The notes under the pieces were generated by a model that saw nothing but the letters and a program-made list of their open reading frames with translations, had not been told where the DNA came from and ran no database searches. A stretch of 48,046 nucleotides of DNA from Candidatus Woesearchaeota archaeon (GTDB taxonomy: Archaea; Nanobdellota; Nanobdellia; Woesearchaeales; JAGVYO01). Positions 31,783-40,233 of the stretch are shown one piece after another; the stretch's first letter is position 1, and every line of letters starts with the position of its first letter. The stretch is from positions 1 through 48,046 of the forward strand of contig JAGVYO010000006.1 of the NCBI GenBank assembly GCA_018303225.1. Reading direction: 5' to 3'. The position numbers and the translations under genes were made by a program.

Positions 31783-32727
31783 ATGGCTTCTCAAAAAGTT
31801 CCGAAGAAAAAGAAAGCCAAGAGAGCTTCTGCAAAAACCAATAGAACAAAAGCGCAGGCGCCCTCTAAAAGAACGCCTTTTGACGCATTGCCTTCGGTGG
31901 AGACGGACGAGCTGCTGCCGCCTCCACCCCCGGAAGCCGCTACGGAGATTTCTGCCCCTGCTAATGACCTTCCTCCCCCGCCGGTATTTACGCCCGGCCA
32001 TGAGAAATGGGGGGTGTGGGAGGACATGAAGAAAACCATGGGCCTCTTCAAGAGCCGCCGCACCGAGGCAGAGCGCGAGAAGCGCCGGGAGCAGAAAAAA
32101 CTTGAGAAAGAGCGGAAACGGATGGAAAATCTGCAGCTCAAGGAGTTCCGCCAGGAAAAACCGGAGAGCATCACACTGGACTCTGAAAAAGCGCTGGAGC
32201 AGAAACGGAAGGAGCTGGAATCCGTCGAGCTTCCACCTATGGAAATGCCCGTAAAAGGGAGAAAGCAAAGGCAGAAAAAGCAGAAGGAGATAGAACTGCC
32301 ATCGTTTGAATCATCCGAGGACATCCTTAAAGAAAAAGAGGGATCCCTTGACGCATGGGGATTGCCCGCCTTCGGGCCAGAAGATGCAGGGTCAGGAGAC
32401 CTTCCAAAGCTGGAGAGCATAGAAGAGAAACGGCCCATGGAGCACCCGGGCCACCGCATGGAGATCAGAAGAGCCATCGAGAAGGCCAGAACACAAAAGC
32501 CCGCTGCCGTGATGGAAGGAGACACGGTCTTGGCAGTGATGAACCAGATGGCAGAAGATGGGAGGGAAGCCCTCCTCAACATGAACCTTGCGCGCGCACG
32601 ATACATCTACATCGAGCTGATGAAGATCTACCGGAGGCTTCCGGACGAAGAGCGGCAGAAGACCTACGAGATGCTGAAGGAATTGTATGAAGAGCGTAAA
32701 TCAGCGGAAAAGCTAACTCGTGCCTAG
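31783..32727 (+). CDS. Hypothetical Lys/Glu/Pro-rich protein
   Basis: ATG at 31783 gives MASQKVPKKKKAKR... Low-complexity middle and a helical C-terminal segment. No family recognised. Confidence 0.4.
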   Translation: MASQKVPKKKKAKRASAKTNRTKAQAPSKRTPFDALPSVETDELLPPPPPEAATEISAPANDLPPPPVFTPGHEKWGVWEDMKKTMGLFKSRRTEAEREKRREQKKLEKERKRMENLQLKEFRQEKPESITLDSEKALEQKRKELESVELPPMEMPVKGRKQRQKKQKEIELPSFESSEDILKEKEGSLDAWGLPAFGPEDAGSGDLPKLESIEEKRPMEHPGHRMEIRRAIEKARTQKPAAVMEGDTVLAVMNQMAEDGREALLNMNLARARYIYIELMKIYRRLPDEERQKTYEMLKELYEERKSAEKLTRA

Positions 32728-33261
32728 TTTTAACAGAATGCGGTCTATTTTCTGATGCAGCTCATCCATCGTTCCTGAATTATCTACCGTAAAATCCGCT
32801 TCCCTTATACAGGCACGGATCTCCTGGCCTTTGGAAGCGCCTTCGTTCTCCGCATCATCAATCTTCTTAAATGCTTCAAATGTAACCGGGTCTCCTTTTC
32901 GCTTTCGCGCTTTCAGGCGCTCAAAGCGCAGCTTCTGCGGTGCATCCACGGCAATAAGGTAGAAGGAAGGGGCTTTCCGCAGCTCGGCCAGCTCAACCCG
33001 GTTGCGGACGCCGTCCAATACGGCTTTGTCGCCCTTGATTTTTTTCAGCAGTCTTTTTGCGATAACGCCCTGGTCATCGTATTCCCTGCGCAGCAGGTTG
33101 CCAACATGCTGCAAGCCCTCCCGGGATTGGGGAAGGCTTCTCTTCTTGGCCTCTTCACGGATGATATCAGAAAACGTATAGTATTCAAACCCTTTGCGCT
33201 TGAGGTAAGAGGCCACTTCGCCCTTACCCGCTGCAATGGTGCCCACGAGACCGATAATCAT
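32713..33261 (-). CDS. P-loop nucleotide kinase (CoaE/dNMP-kinase-like)
   Basis: MIIGLVGTIAAGKGEVASYL is a P-loop. About 180 aa with a lid-like RFERLKARKRKGD. Specificity cannot be assigned. Confidence 0.55.
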   Translation of the reverse strand: MIIGLVGTIAAGKGEVASYLKRKGFEYYTFSDIIREEAKKRSLPQSREGLQHVGNLLRREYDDQGVIAKRLLKKIKGDKAVLDGVRNRVELAELRKAPSFYLIAVDAPQKLRFERLKARKRKGDPVTFEAFKKIDDAENEGASKGQEIRACIREADFTVDNSGTMDELHQKIDRILLKLGTS

Positions 33262-33301
33262 AAGAAAGAATAATCGTGTTGCGATTTAAATAATTATTGC
33301 C

Positions 33302-33520
33302 TCACTTCTTTTGAAGCGCCTTATTGATCTTTTCCAGCATCATGACCAGCTCCTTATCAGTCATCCGGGCCATCTTCGCCAGATTTCCAACGATCTCTGC
33401 CTTGGATGTGTTGTTTTCATGGCAAACCACTCCGAAACCTGCCATGATCTTCAGGGAATCCGGATACTTAGAACGAAGCTCTTCAAACGTAGTGTCCTGC
33501 GTCACAAATGGTTTCATCAA
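33302..33520 (-). CDS. DUF1858-like small protein
   Basis: TTFEELRSKYPDSLKIMAGFGVVC...MTDKELVMMLEKIN resembles DUF1858. 4-nt overlap with the dcd stop. Confidence 0.45.
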   Translation of the reverse strand: MMKPFVTQDTTFEELRSKYPDSLKIMAGFGVVCHENNTSKAEIVGNLAKMARMTDKELVMMLEKINKALQKK

Positions 33521-34077
33521 TCACCCGAGATTCTGCTGGGCTGCGGCCCGGTCTGCTTAAGATACTTGGATCCCTTGCGCGTGTTATACGGATTCTCGCT
33601 CGGCGAACTGAGCATATCGAACGTAAGCCGGCAGATCCTGGAGCCCGGCCACAATTTAACCGGCACCTTGGAGATGTTGGCCATCTCCAGTGTCAATTGC
33701 CCTTCAAACCCCGGATCAATAGAGCCTGCAGTCGAATGGATTACAATGCCCAATCTGCCCCATGAACTCCGGCCGTCCAATCTGCCCACCATATCCCCCG
33801 GCAGCTTCACGTATTCCATTGTGTTGGACAAAACAAATTCACCGGGGTGAATAATGAACGACTGGCCTTCAGGGATCTCGATCAGGGACATCAGCTCATC
33901 TTTGGCATTTTCCCGCGGATCGATATGCGTGACCTCTGCATGCTTGAAGACCATGAACTTGTTGCCCAGGCGCAGATCAATGGAAGAAGGTCCGATATGC
34001 TCTTCCTGCAAGCCTTGGATTACAATCTTGCCTGAGGAAATAGCCTTTTTGATGTCACGGTCGCTTAGAACGGTCAT
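33517..34077 (-). CDS. dcd: dCTP deaminase family
   Basis: Internal ATG at 34077 gives MTVLSDRDIKKAI... IGPSSIDLRLGNKF and GFEGQLTLEMAN are Dcd motifs. Confidence 0.9.
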   Translation of the reverse strand: MTVLSDRDIKKAISSGKIVIQGLQEEHIGPSSIDLRLGNKFMVFKHAEVTHIDPRENAKDELMSLIEIPEGQSFIIHPGEFVLSNTMEYVKLPGDMVGRLDGRSSWGRLGIVIHSTAGSIDPGFEGQLTLEMANISKVPVKLWPGSRICRLTFDMLSSPSENPYNTRKGSKYLKQTGPQPSRISGD

Positions 34078-34151
34078 AAGCCGCGGGATAAGAGGGGGCT
34101 TTTTATAGTTTTCCACAAAGTATAAAAAAGCGGTTTGAATTGCCTATATCC

Positions 34152-34766
34152 ATGGCAAAAGGCCTATTTATCGTATTGGATGGGTTAGACGGCTCTGGAA
34201 AGAGCGTGATGATAGAGCGGTTAAAGAGATACCTCGATTCGAAGGGCTACCGGATCCTGGCCACAAGGGAGCCCACAGACGGCGAATACGGCAGGCAGGC
34301 CCGTGAACTGTTAAAGAGGGAGAAAGACCCCATGGCCAATGCGCAAAAATGCCTGGAACTGTATGTGAAGGACCGGAAGGAGCACCTGGAGAAGACTGTT
34401 CTCCCCTTCCTAAAGAAAGAAGGGAGCAATATAGTCCTTTGCGACCGCTATTATTATTCCACCCTTGCCTTCCAGCATACCCAGGGATTGAGCTGGGAAA
34501 ATGTCCTTAACGCCAATAAAGGGTTTGAAAAGCCCGATGTCGCATTTATTCTTGACGTGCCGCCTGAAACTGCATTAGAGAGGATTTCGAAATCCAGGAA
34601 TCAGAAAGAGAAGTTTGAGCAGCTGGAGTTCATGAAGAAGCTGAGGAAGAATTTTCTGCAGTTGCCAGAATTGTTGAAAGAGGACACTATCAGGATCATT
34701 GATGCGTCCAAAGGAAAAGAGGAGGTTTTCAAGCAGCTAAAAGAAGAGATGGATAAACTGCTCTAG
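34152..34766 (+). CDS. tmk: Thymidylate kinase
   Basis: ATG at 34152 gives MAKGLFIVLDGLDGSGKS (P-loop). TREPTDGEYG and DRYYYSTLAFQ are also present. Confidence 0.9.
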   Translation: MAKGLFIVLDGLDGSGKSVMIERLKRYLDSKGYRILATREPTDGEYGRQARELLKREKDPMANAQKCLELYVKDRKEHLEKTVLPFLKKEGSNIVLCDRYYYSTLAFQHTQGLSWENVLNANKGFEKPDVAFILDVPPETALERISKSRNQKEKFEQLEFMKKLRKNFLQLPELLKEDTIRIIDASKGKEEVFKQLKEEMDKLL

Positions 34767-35107
34767 AAATTCGTCCGTACATAAGGTTCATCGGGCGTTT
34801 CCCCACGGATTTTCGGCTTTTCGTGCGCTTCCTTCTTATCGTTTCGCTTATGCCTTAGGATAACCGCCACAGCAACAATGGCCACGCCCAGAATGATAGA
34901 AGGCCACAGGAATTGGTTCTGAATAACGATCTCCTTTTCCAGAACGGGAATCTGATTGCAGGTATGCCCGACATCGCAGTAATAGCCGCTGCCGCAGTCG
35001 TCATTGGAATTGCACTCCCGATAGCCGAGATTGATCAGCCACGCAAGAAAAAAGGCAATAATAATGACGACAATGGTGACCGTGAAAACCTCTCCCTTCC
35101 TGTTCAT
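34763..35107 (-). CDS. Small membrane protein with Cys-rich loop
   Basis: Two hydrophobic spans flank CNSNDDCGSGYYCDVGHTCN. Confidence 0.45.
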   Translation of the reverse strand: MNRKGEVFTVTIVVIIIAFFLAWLINLGYRECNSNDDCGSGYYCDVGHTCNQIPVLEKEIVIQNQFLWPSIILGVAIVAVAVILRHKRNDKKEAHEKPKIRGETPDEPYVRTNF

Positions 35108-35380
35108 GCAACCACTCCCGGAAGCGAGGAAAGAAAGGCATTATTTAAATCTTTACTTCAGAGTGATTAAGGTGTAGGTTTTAACTCCCACCTATAGAAA
35201 CGAAATGTCCTTCTGCGGCGCACAAGATAAGAACCATCGGAAGAGAGAAGCAGTATTATTCCGGCTCTTCGCTCTCTTCGTCTTCCTCGTCCTTCACCAA
35301 AAACTGCCGCAGGGTCTTGTTGCGCTTTATTGTTTTATAGCTGATTCCATCCAATGTACTCGCCTCTTTTTCTGGAAAAT

Positions 35381-35818
35381 TTAATGACCGGTACTTCCGA
35401 AACCGCCCTCTCCCCGCGAGGTGTCATCCAATTGGGGCACTTCCTCAAATTGGACGGTCTCGATTTTTTTGAACACCATCTGGGCAACCTTTTTGCCTTT
35501 CTCAATTTTTATAGGTTCGCTGCCCAGATTGATGCAGATAACACCTACTTCTCCCCGATAGCCGGCATCGATGGTACCGGGTGTATTGACAATGGAAAGC
35601 CCGAATTTCAGGGCCAGACCCGATTTGGGCCTTACCTGGGCTTCATACCCTTTCGGAACCGCAATCTTGATACCGGTGCGGATCAATCTGCGCTCACCGG
35701 GCTTCAGCACTGCGTCCTCAGCTGCATACAAATCCACCCCTGCGTCGCCGGGATGCGCGTACGAGGGAATGACAGCACCCTCTGTAATTTTTTGGATTTT
35801 GACAGTAAGCATGCTCAC
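35381..35818 (-). CDS. dut: dUTP diphosphatase, trimeric type
   Basis: HPGDAGVDLYA, RPKSGLA and GTIDAGYRGEVGV are classic Dut motifs. Confidence 0.9.
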   Translation of the reverse strand: MSMLTVKIQKITEGAVIPSYAHPGDAGVDLYAAEDAVLKPGERRLIRTGIKIAVPKGYEAQVRPKSGLALKFGLSIVNTPGTIDAGYRGEVGVICINLGSEPIKIEKGKKVAQMVFKKIETVQFEEVPQLDDTSRGEGGFGSTGH

Positions 35819-35913
35819 ACCAAAAAGATGTCAATCCTTCCAACACATAGCTTATATTTAAAGTATGTTGAAATGAGAAATATAGTTTTGGAAAAGGTAT
35901 ATTGCATGTGAGT

Positions 35914-36444
35914 TTAAGTGAATTTGCCCATGTCCATCAGCGAGGTAATATGGTGCGACAGGATTTTTCCGTCCGCGGCGCTGAGCTTGATGTTAAGGGC
36001 GTTGAACGCCTGCGTCACAAACGTAAAATTCCAGATCGGGCCCAATTTGTCCAGGTTCTGAAGGATGCAGATCCGCTTGAGCACGGTTTCCCGGGGATAC
36101 GTCTTCTGCTGGAACCCATCGGCCTTTTCAACAGCTTCGGGAAGGGAAAGCTTGACATCCGGCAACGCCACTTCCCTGATCCGCTTCTCCTTTTTCTGGA
36201 AAATCTCTTCTTCCGGCACGGCCGCGACCGTGCTGCCTTCGATGATGAAAGTGGCAATCTTGTTGCTGTCCGGGTTGTAGTAGCCCAGCTGCCACGGCGC
36301 CTGCTGCTGATTCTCCACCATGGTGAATGCGGAGGATAGATAGCCGTCTTTATGGCTCGTTTTCCATTCCTTGAAAAGTTTATGTGTCTCCAGCGCTTTT
36401 ACCGCTTCGGCAACGTCCATAAGAAAAGAGAAAGAACGGTGCAT
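35914..36444 (-). CDS. Hypothetical protein
   Basis: 176-aa ORF with no family recognised. Start could be the internal Met at 36420. Confidence 0.4.
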   Translation of the reverse strand: MHRSFSFLMDVAEAVKALETHKLFKEWKTSHKDGYLSSAFTMVENQQQAPWQLGYYNPDSNKIATFIIEGSTVAAVPEEEIFQKKEKRIREVALPDVKLSLPEAVEKADGFQQKTYPRETVLKRICILQNLDKLGPIWNFTFVTQAFNALNIKLSAADGKILSHHITSLMDMGKFT

Positions 36445-36549
36445 TATAAAAAAGTTGCTATATGGGGAACAAGATTGGATATATTAAGAGGGAAACATTT
36501 GAAAAAAATGATGCATTTGAAAGAATTTCTTTTTAACGAAAGAGGAAGT

Positions 36550-36600
36550 GTCAAAAACCGTTAGGTTTTTGAGCATGCTCAGAAATCTTTGATTTCTGAC
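36550..36600. repeat. Twin-hairpin (TH) module, compact copy
   Basis: GTCA-AAAACC-GTTA-GGTTTT-TGAGCATGCTCA-GAAATC-TTT-GATTTC-TGAC. Enclosed by GAGGAAGT (36543..50)/ACTTCCTC (36610..17). Confidence 0.85.
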
Positions 36601-36604
36601 AGAG

Positions 36605-36672
36605 CAAAAACTTCCTCCGGAAATTTTTGGATTGGTCGCTATCGCAACAAAAAATAAAAAAGAAGTTTAATG
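36605..36672 (+). repeat. Family A element (copy A6, right part)
   Basis: CAAAAACTTCC-TCC-GGAAATTTTTG-GATTGGT-CGCTATCGCAACAAAAAATAAAAAAGAAGTTTAATGG. Confidence 0.75.
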
Positions 36673-36689
36673 GAAAAAATGAGCTATAT

Positions 36690-37286
36690 TTATATCGTTA
36701 CCAAAACACCTTCAGGCCCTGGATTGATTAGCCGGGTGATTCCTATTTTGTCCTTTTTCCCCGCATTCTCATGCAGATGACCTGAAACCGCCAGTTTCGG
36801 CTTGAAGTCTTTGATAAATTTAGTGTAGGATTTGTTTCCGCAATAAGCACCGCTCAGCTTGTCCAGCCTGTTGCCGTACGGCGGCTGATGCGTCACCAGC
36901 ACACGGGATTTCGCTTTTCTCAGTTTTTCTTTGTGCTTTTTTACGGATTTTTCAAAGCCTTTGTCCGTGCTCGCAAATCCGCCACCACCATAACCAAAAA
37001 ACAAGACACCGCCTTTCTCATCGGTAGTGTTATGAATAAAAACAAGGTTCCTGAACATCCCGCAGGCTTTTTTCAGAGAGGCATCGCCCTCGTGATTGCC
37101 CGGAATCATCAGCACCGGGATGCCGATCTTGCTTAGTTTTGACAATAGTAAATCCAGCCCCCTCTCAAAATTAGAGAGGTCGCCGGCGCAGATCAGCAGA
37201 TCGGGGTTTTCCTTCTTCGCTTTCTCCTGGATTTTGCTTAGGGCCTTCAGCGAGCCGTGCACGTCTGCAAACAGGAGGAGTTTCAT
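36690..37286 (-). CDS. Calcineurin-like metallophosphoesterase
   Basis: LLFADVHGS, AGDLSN, IPGNHE, VTHQPP and SGHLHE form the canonical metallophosphoesterase motif series. Confidence 0.8.
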   Translation of the reverse strand: MKLLLFADVHGSLKALSKIQEKAKKENPDLLICAGDLSNFERGLDLLLSKLSKIGIPVLMIPGNHEGDASLKKACGMFRNLVFIHNTTDEKGGVLFFGYGGGGFASTDKGFEKSVKKHKEKLRKAKSRVLVTHQPPYGNRLDKLSGAYCGNKSYTKFIKDFKPKLAVSGHLHENAGKKDKIGITRLINPGPEGVLVTI

Positions 37287-37376
37287 ACATCAGGGGGCAG
37301 AGTAAGGGTATTTAAATAATATGTAACCACTCTATGATGAGAAAAGATAGAAAAGTTTATAAAGCGCTTAAAAACT

Positions 37377-37961
37377 TTGATAAGTATGGCAAACAACAGA
37401 AGTAGCCATATCGAAACGCTTCCAAGTTTAATAGGCGATTTTACATACGTGCTGGACAATAAGGACAGAATCAATATCCCGTCAACTTTTAGGAAAGACA
37501 TCCAAGAAAGAAACAGATTTCTCATAAGGCATGATAGGAATTTTACAGTTACGGATGATTGTCTTTACTATGGAACCACCCCCCTCCTAGCAGCAGAATT
37601 AGAAAGAGGGGTGCTGGATATAGTGCACGATATGCTAGTGTACAACCTGCTACGAAGAAAAAGAGATGAGCAGCGATCACGAAAGAAAGAGTTGACAGGG
37701 AATGGAGAACTTGAAAATTTCCCCATTTATATGTATCAGACAGGAGATTCTGAAATTTTTGTATGCGGATATGCTGATTTTACAATCATTAGTGGCGAAA
37801 AAGGGAGTAACATCAGACCCTTGTACAAACATCCGTTAGACAATCAGGGAAGAATACCGATACCTGAAGAAGTTAAAAGACAACTTGGGCTCGAAGACAA
37901 AGTCAGATTTGTAGGGTATGACAACAAAATTAAGCTAGAGAAGCCTCAGCCAACGCTATAA
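37377..37961 (+). CDS. MraZ-like protein (two AbrB-type DxxxR half-domains in one chain)
   Basis: LIGDFTYVLDNKDRINIPSTFRKDI and HPLDNQGRIPIPEEVKRQLGLEDKVRFVGYDNKIKLEKP parallel the two MraZ repeats (..LD.KGR..iP..fR.. and ..D.aGR..IP..LR...gL...v..vG....eiW). Confidence 0.5.
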   Translation: MISMANNRSSHIETLPSLIGDFTYVLDNKDRINIPSTFRKDIQERNRFLIRHDRNFTVTDDCLYYGTTPLLAAELERGVLDIVHDMLVYNLLRRKRDEQRSRKKELTGNGELENFPIYMYQTGDSEIFVCGYADFTIISGEKGSNIRPLYKHPLDNQGRIPIPEEVKRQLGLEDKVRFVGYDNKIKLEKPQPTL

Positions 37962-39133
37962 TAATCTTCCAGCACAACCTTATCCACTTCTTCCAGTTTC
38001 CGCACAATGAACAATCTACCTTCGCCCAATTGAGCGATCTTCTCTGCCAGTTTCCTTCCCTTCTCGTCCAATTGGATCCCGATGACTGAAATCGTGATGC
38101 CGTGGCTTCGGGCCAACGAGACCATCTCCAGCGTCTCTTTCTCCGGGTCTTCGCCGATGGTGGGCAGCGCATCGCTCAGCAGGATCAAATGCTTGGTGAT
38201 GTGCGTCTCCGGAAACAATTCGATGGCTTTCTTCAGCATGGCCGCAAGATTCGTCTCCCTGCTGGCCCGTATCCTCGCAATCTCGTTCAATAGCAGCGAG
38301 AAATCGTGCGTCGGTGCGATCTCTTCCTTGATGTCCGATCCGAACACAATCAAACCCACTTTATCCTTTTCCTGCAGCGCCTTGTACGCCAGCGCGATGC
38401 CGGCCTTCTTGCAGACATCGATCTTGCGGCCGCGCATAGAGCCTGAGGCATCCAGTGCATAGATGAGGTTCACATTGCCCTTGCTCTCCTTCTCGAAGGT
38501 CTTGAGATCGGTCTTCCGCAATTCCTCGTGGCCGCGGCGCACCGCCGTCTTAAGGGAACTGCGCAGCGCGATATCCCGGTAGCGATCCCCTTTCCTATAC
38601 TCTTTTACGTCGTTCTTGTCGCCATAGAGGAACTGCCTTTTGGTGGCTTTCTCGCCGAACGCGCCTTTCGGAAGGAGATGATCCAGCTCTTCAGTATAAA
38701 GAATCAGCGAAGCCAGCTGGACGCCCTTGTCCGTGATGCTGCCTTCGTTGTCCACGAAATGGGCATCTTTCAGCTTCTGGAAATGCGCCGCCATGGAAGT
38801 GCGCAGCTCTTTCTGGAACTCCGGGATATGGATGTTTTTCTTGACGTAGGCAGGCTCATAGCCTGTCAGCTCGCGGATTAAGGATTCGCCAAACAGCTGC
38901 TTCGCCAGAGAATAGTTCTTCACCAGCTGCTCAAACATCAGCTCCGCTGTAAAGGAAGAAAGCCCCTGGTTCAGGGCCTCCTTGAGCAGACGGCCCTCCT
39001 GGACAATCTCCTTGTCATTGTCCATCACAAGGTGCATCAGCTTCTGCTCCTCGGTCTGCGAGGCCAGTTTGCCGGTCAATTGCTCTATCTCAGAAGCCTC
39101 TTCGACCTTCGCCTCAACGTCAAAGAGACTCAC
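37946..39133 (-). CDS. von Willebrand factor A-domain protein (ChlD/BchD-like C-terminus)
   Basis: MIDAS motif NLIYALDASGSMRG and later LLSDALPT. About 200-aa helical N-terminal region. 14-nt overlap with the upstream ATPase gene. Confidence 0.8.
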   Translation of the reverse strand: MSLFDVEAKVEEASEIEQLTGKLASQTEEQKLMHLVMDNDKEIVQEGRLLKEALNQGLSSFTAELMFEQLVKNYSLAKQLFGESLIRELTGYEPAYVKKNIHIPEFQKELRTSMAAHFQKLKDAHFVDNEGSITDKGVQLASLILYTEELDHLLPKGAFGEKATKRQFLYGDKNDVKEYRKGDRYRDIALRSSLKTAVRRGHEELRKTDLKTFEKESKGNVNLIYALDASGSMRGRKIDVCKKAGIALAYKALQEKDKVGLIVFGSDIKEEIAPTHDFSLLLNEIARIRASRETNLAAMLKKAIELFPETHITKHLILLSDALPTIGEDPEKETLEMVSLARSHGITISVIGIQLDEKGRKLAEKIAQLGEGRLFIVRKLEEVDKVVLEDYYSVG

Positions 39134-40142
39134 CGCGGTCTGCTTGCTCCTCGTACATTTCAGAAATCTGTTTAAACTGCTCCTCGATAAATTCCTCGGG
39201 CTTCTGCAGGAATTTCACCGAAGGCTTGAGCGCGATGCGGTGCGCCAATACCGAAACGACGACCGCTTTCAGATCTTCGAACGTGACGTTCTTGCGTTGG
39301 TTCAGGTAGGCATGGCTCTGGCTGCGTTCATACAGGCCGATGGTGCCGCGCACGCCGGGCTTTTTGCTGAGCTTGTCGCTTTCCCGCAGCAGCCGGACGA
39401 AATGGATGGCCATGGTCAGGAGCGCGTCCGGGAAAGCCGTCATTTTCTTTCCTTTGCTCAGTACGATCTGCTTTTCAAGGTCCGCGGTCTCCGGATAGGA
39501 CATATGGATTAGGTCAAAACGGTCCAGGAAAACATCCGATAATTTTTCGGTGCTCGTATCCTCGGGATTCATGGTGCCGATGAAGATGAAATCGGCCGTC
39601 AGGTCAACCGAATAGCTGCCGATGGTGGCTTTGCGCTCTTCCAGCACCTGCAGCATCGCGTTCTGCAGCTTCTCCGGGCAGCGATTGATCTCGTCAAAGA
39701 ACAGGATGCCGCGGTTGGCCTTGAAGATCTTGCCGGGCGTGAACGCCTCTAAGCTCAAGGCGCCGTACTGGATGGCCTTCACCGGATCGATATCCCCTAT
39801 CAAATCTTCTACAGTCAAATCCGGACTGCCCTGGATGCGCACAAACCGCTGCTCGCCTCTGATTTTCTCCGCACTTAAGGATTTCCTGCTCCGGCACTGC
39901 GGGCATATCGGATCTTTCGGGTCGCAATGGTATGGGCAGCCTTTTACCACCTCAATCTCAGGCAGCAGCTTGGCCACATTTTTGGCCAGCGTTGTTTTTC
40001 CAACGCCGGGCATGCCTACGATGATGACGTGCCGGCCCATCAGGAGCGCGGACTTTAAGGAGGACTTTACCTCTTCCTGCCCCAGGATATCGCCAAAGGG
40101 CTCTTTTCCTATCAGGATGGTCTTCAGTTGCTGGTAGAGCAT
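39120..40142 (-). CDS. AAA+ ATPase, ChlI/BchI-MoxR-like
   Basis: Walker A IIVGMPGVGKTTLAKN and Walker B GILFFDEINRCPEKLQNAMLQVLEE. Cys-rich insert GCPYHCDPKDPICPQC. Confidence 0.85.
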   Translation of the reverse strand: MLYQQLKTILIGKEPFGDILGQEEVKSSLKSALLMGRHVIIVGMPGVGKTTLAKNVAKLLPEIEVVKGCPYHCDPKDPICPQCRSRKSLSAEKIRGEQRFVRIQGSPDLTVEDLIGDIDPVKAIQYGALSLEAFTPGKIFKANRGILFFDEINRCPEKLQNAMLQVLEERKATIGSYSVDLTADFIFIGTMNPEDTSTEKLSDVFLDRFDLIHMSYPETADLEKQIVLSKGKKMTAFPDALLTMAIHFVRLLRESDKLSKKPGVRGTIGLYERSQSHAYLNQRKNVTFEDLKAVVVSVLAHRIALKPSVKFLQKPEEFIEEQFKQISEMYEEQADRGESL

Positions 40143-40233
40143 GGTATACAGCAGAGAAGAAAGCGCTGTGATTTAAAAAGATTTGGACAAAACAATTGGT
40201 TTTATATAAGGGAGTTGCCCGACACCCTGAAAA

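Noticed and set aside
30506-31849. 447-aa minus-strand ORF spanning the signal peptidase, TFS and DUF167 genes
   Set aside because: It lies antisense to three plus-strand genes that carry clear family motifs. Its sequence is low-complexity and Arg/Leu/Gly-rich with no recognisable motif, so it is most likely a shadow ORF of GC-biased coding sequence.
35256-35354. 32-codon TTG-initiated ORF (DGISYKTIKRNKTLRQFLVKDEEDEESEEPE) just downstream of dut
   Set aside because: It needs a TTG start, is very short and has no recognisable family. It could be real, but the evidence is insufficient.
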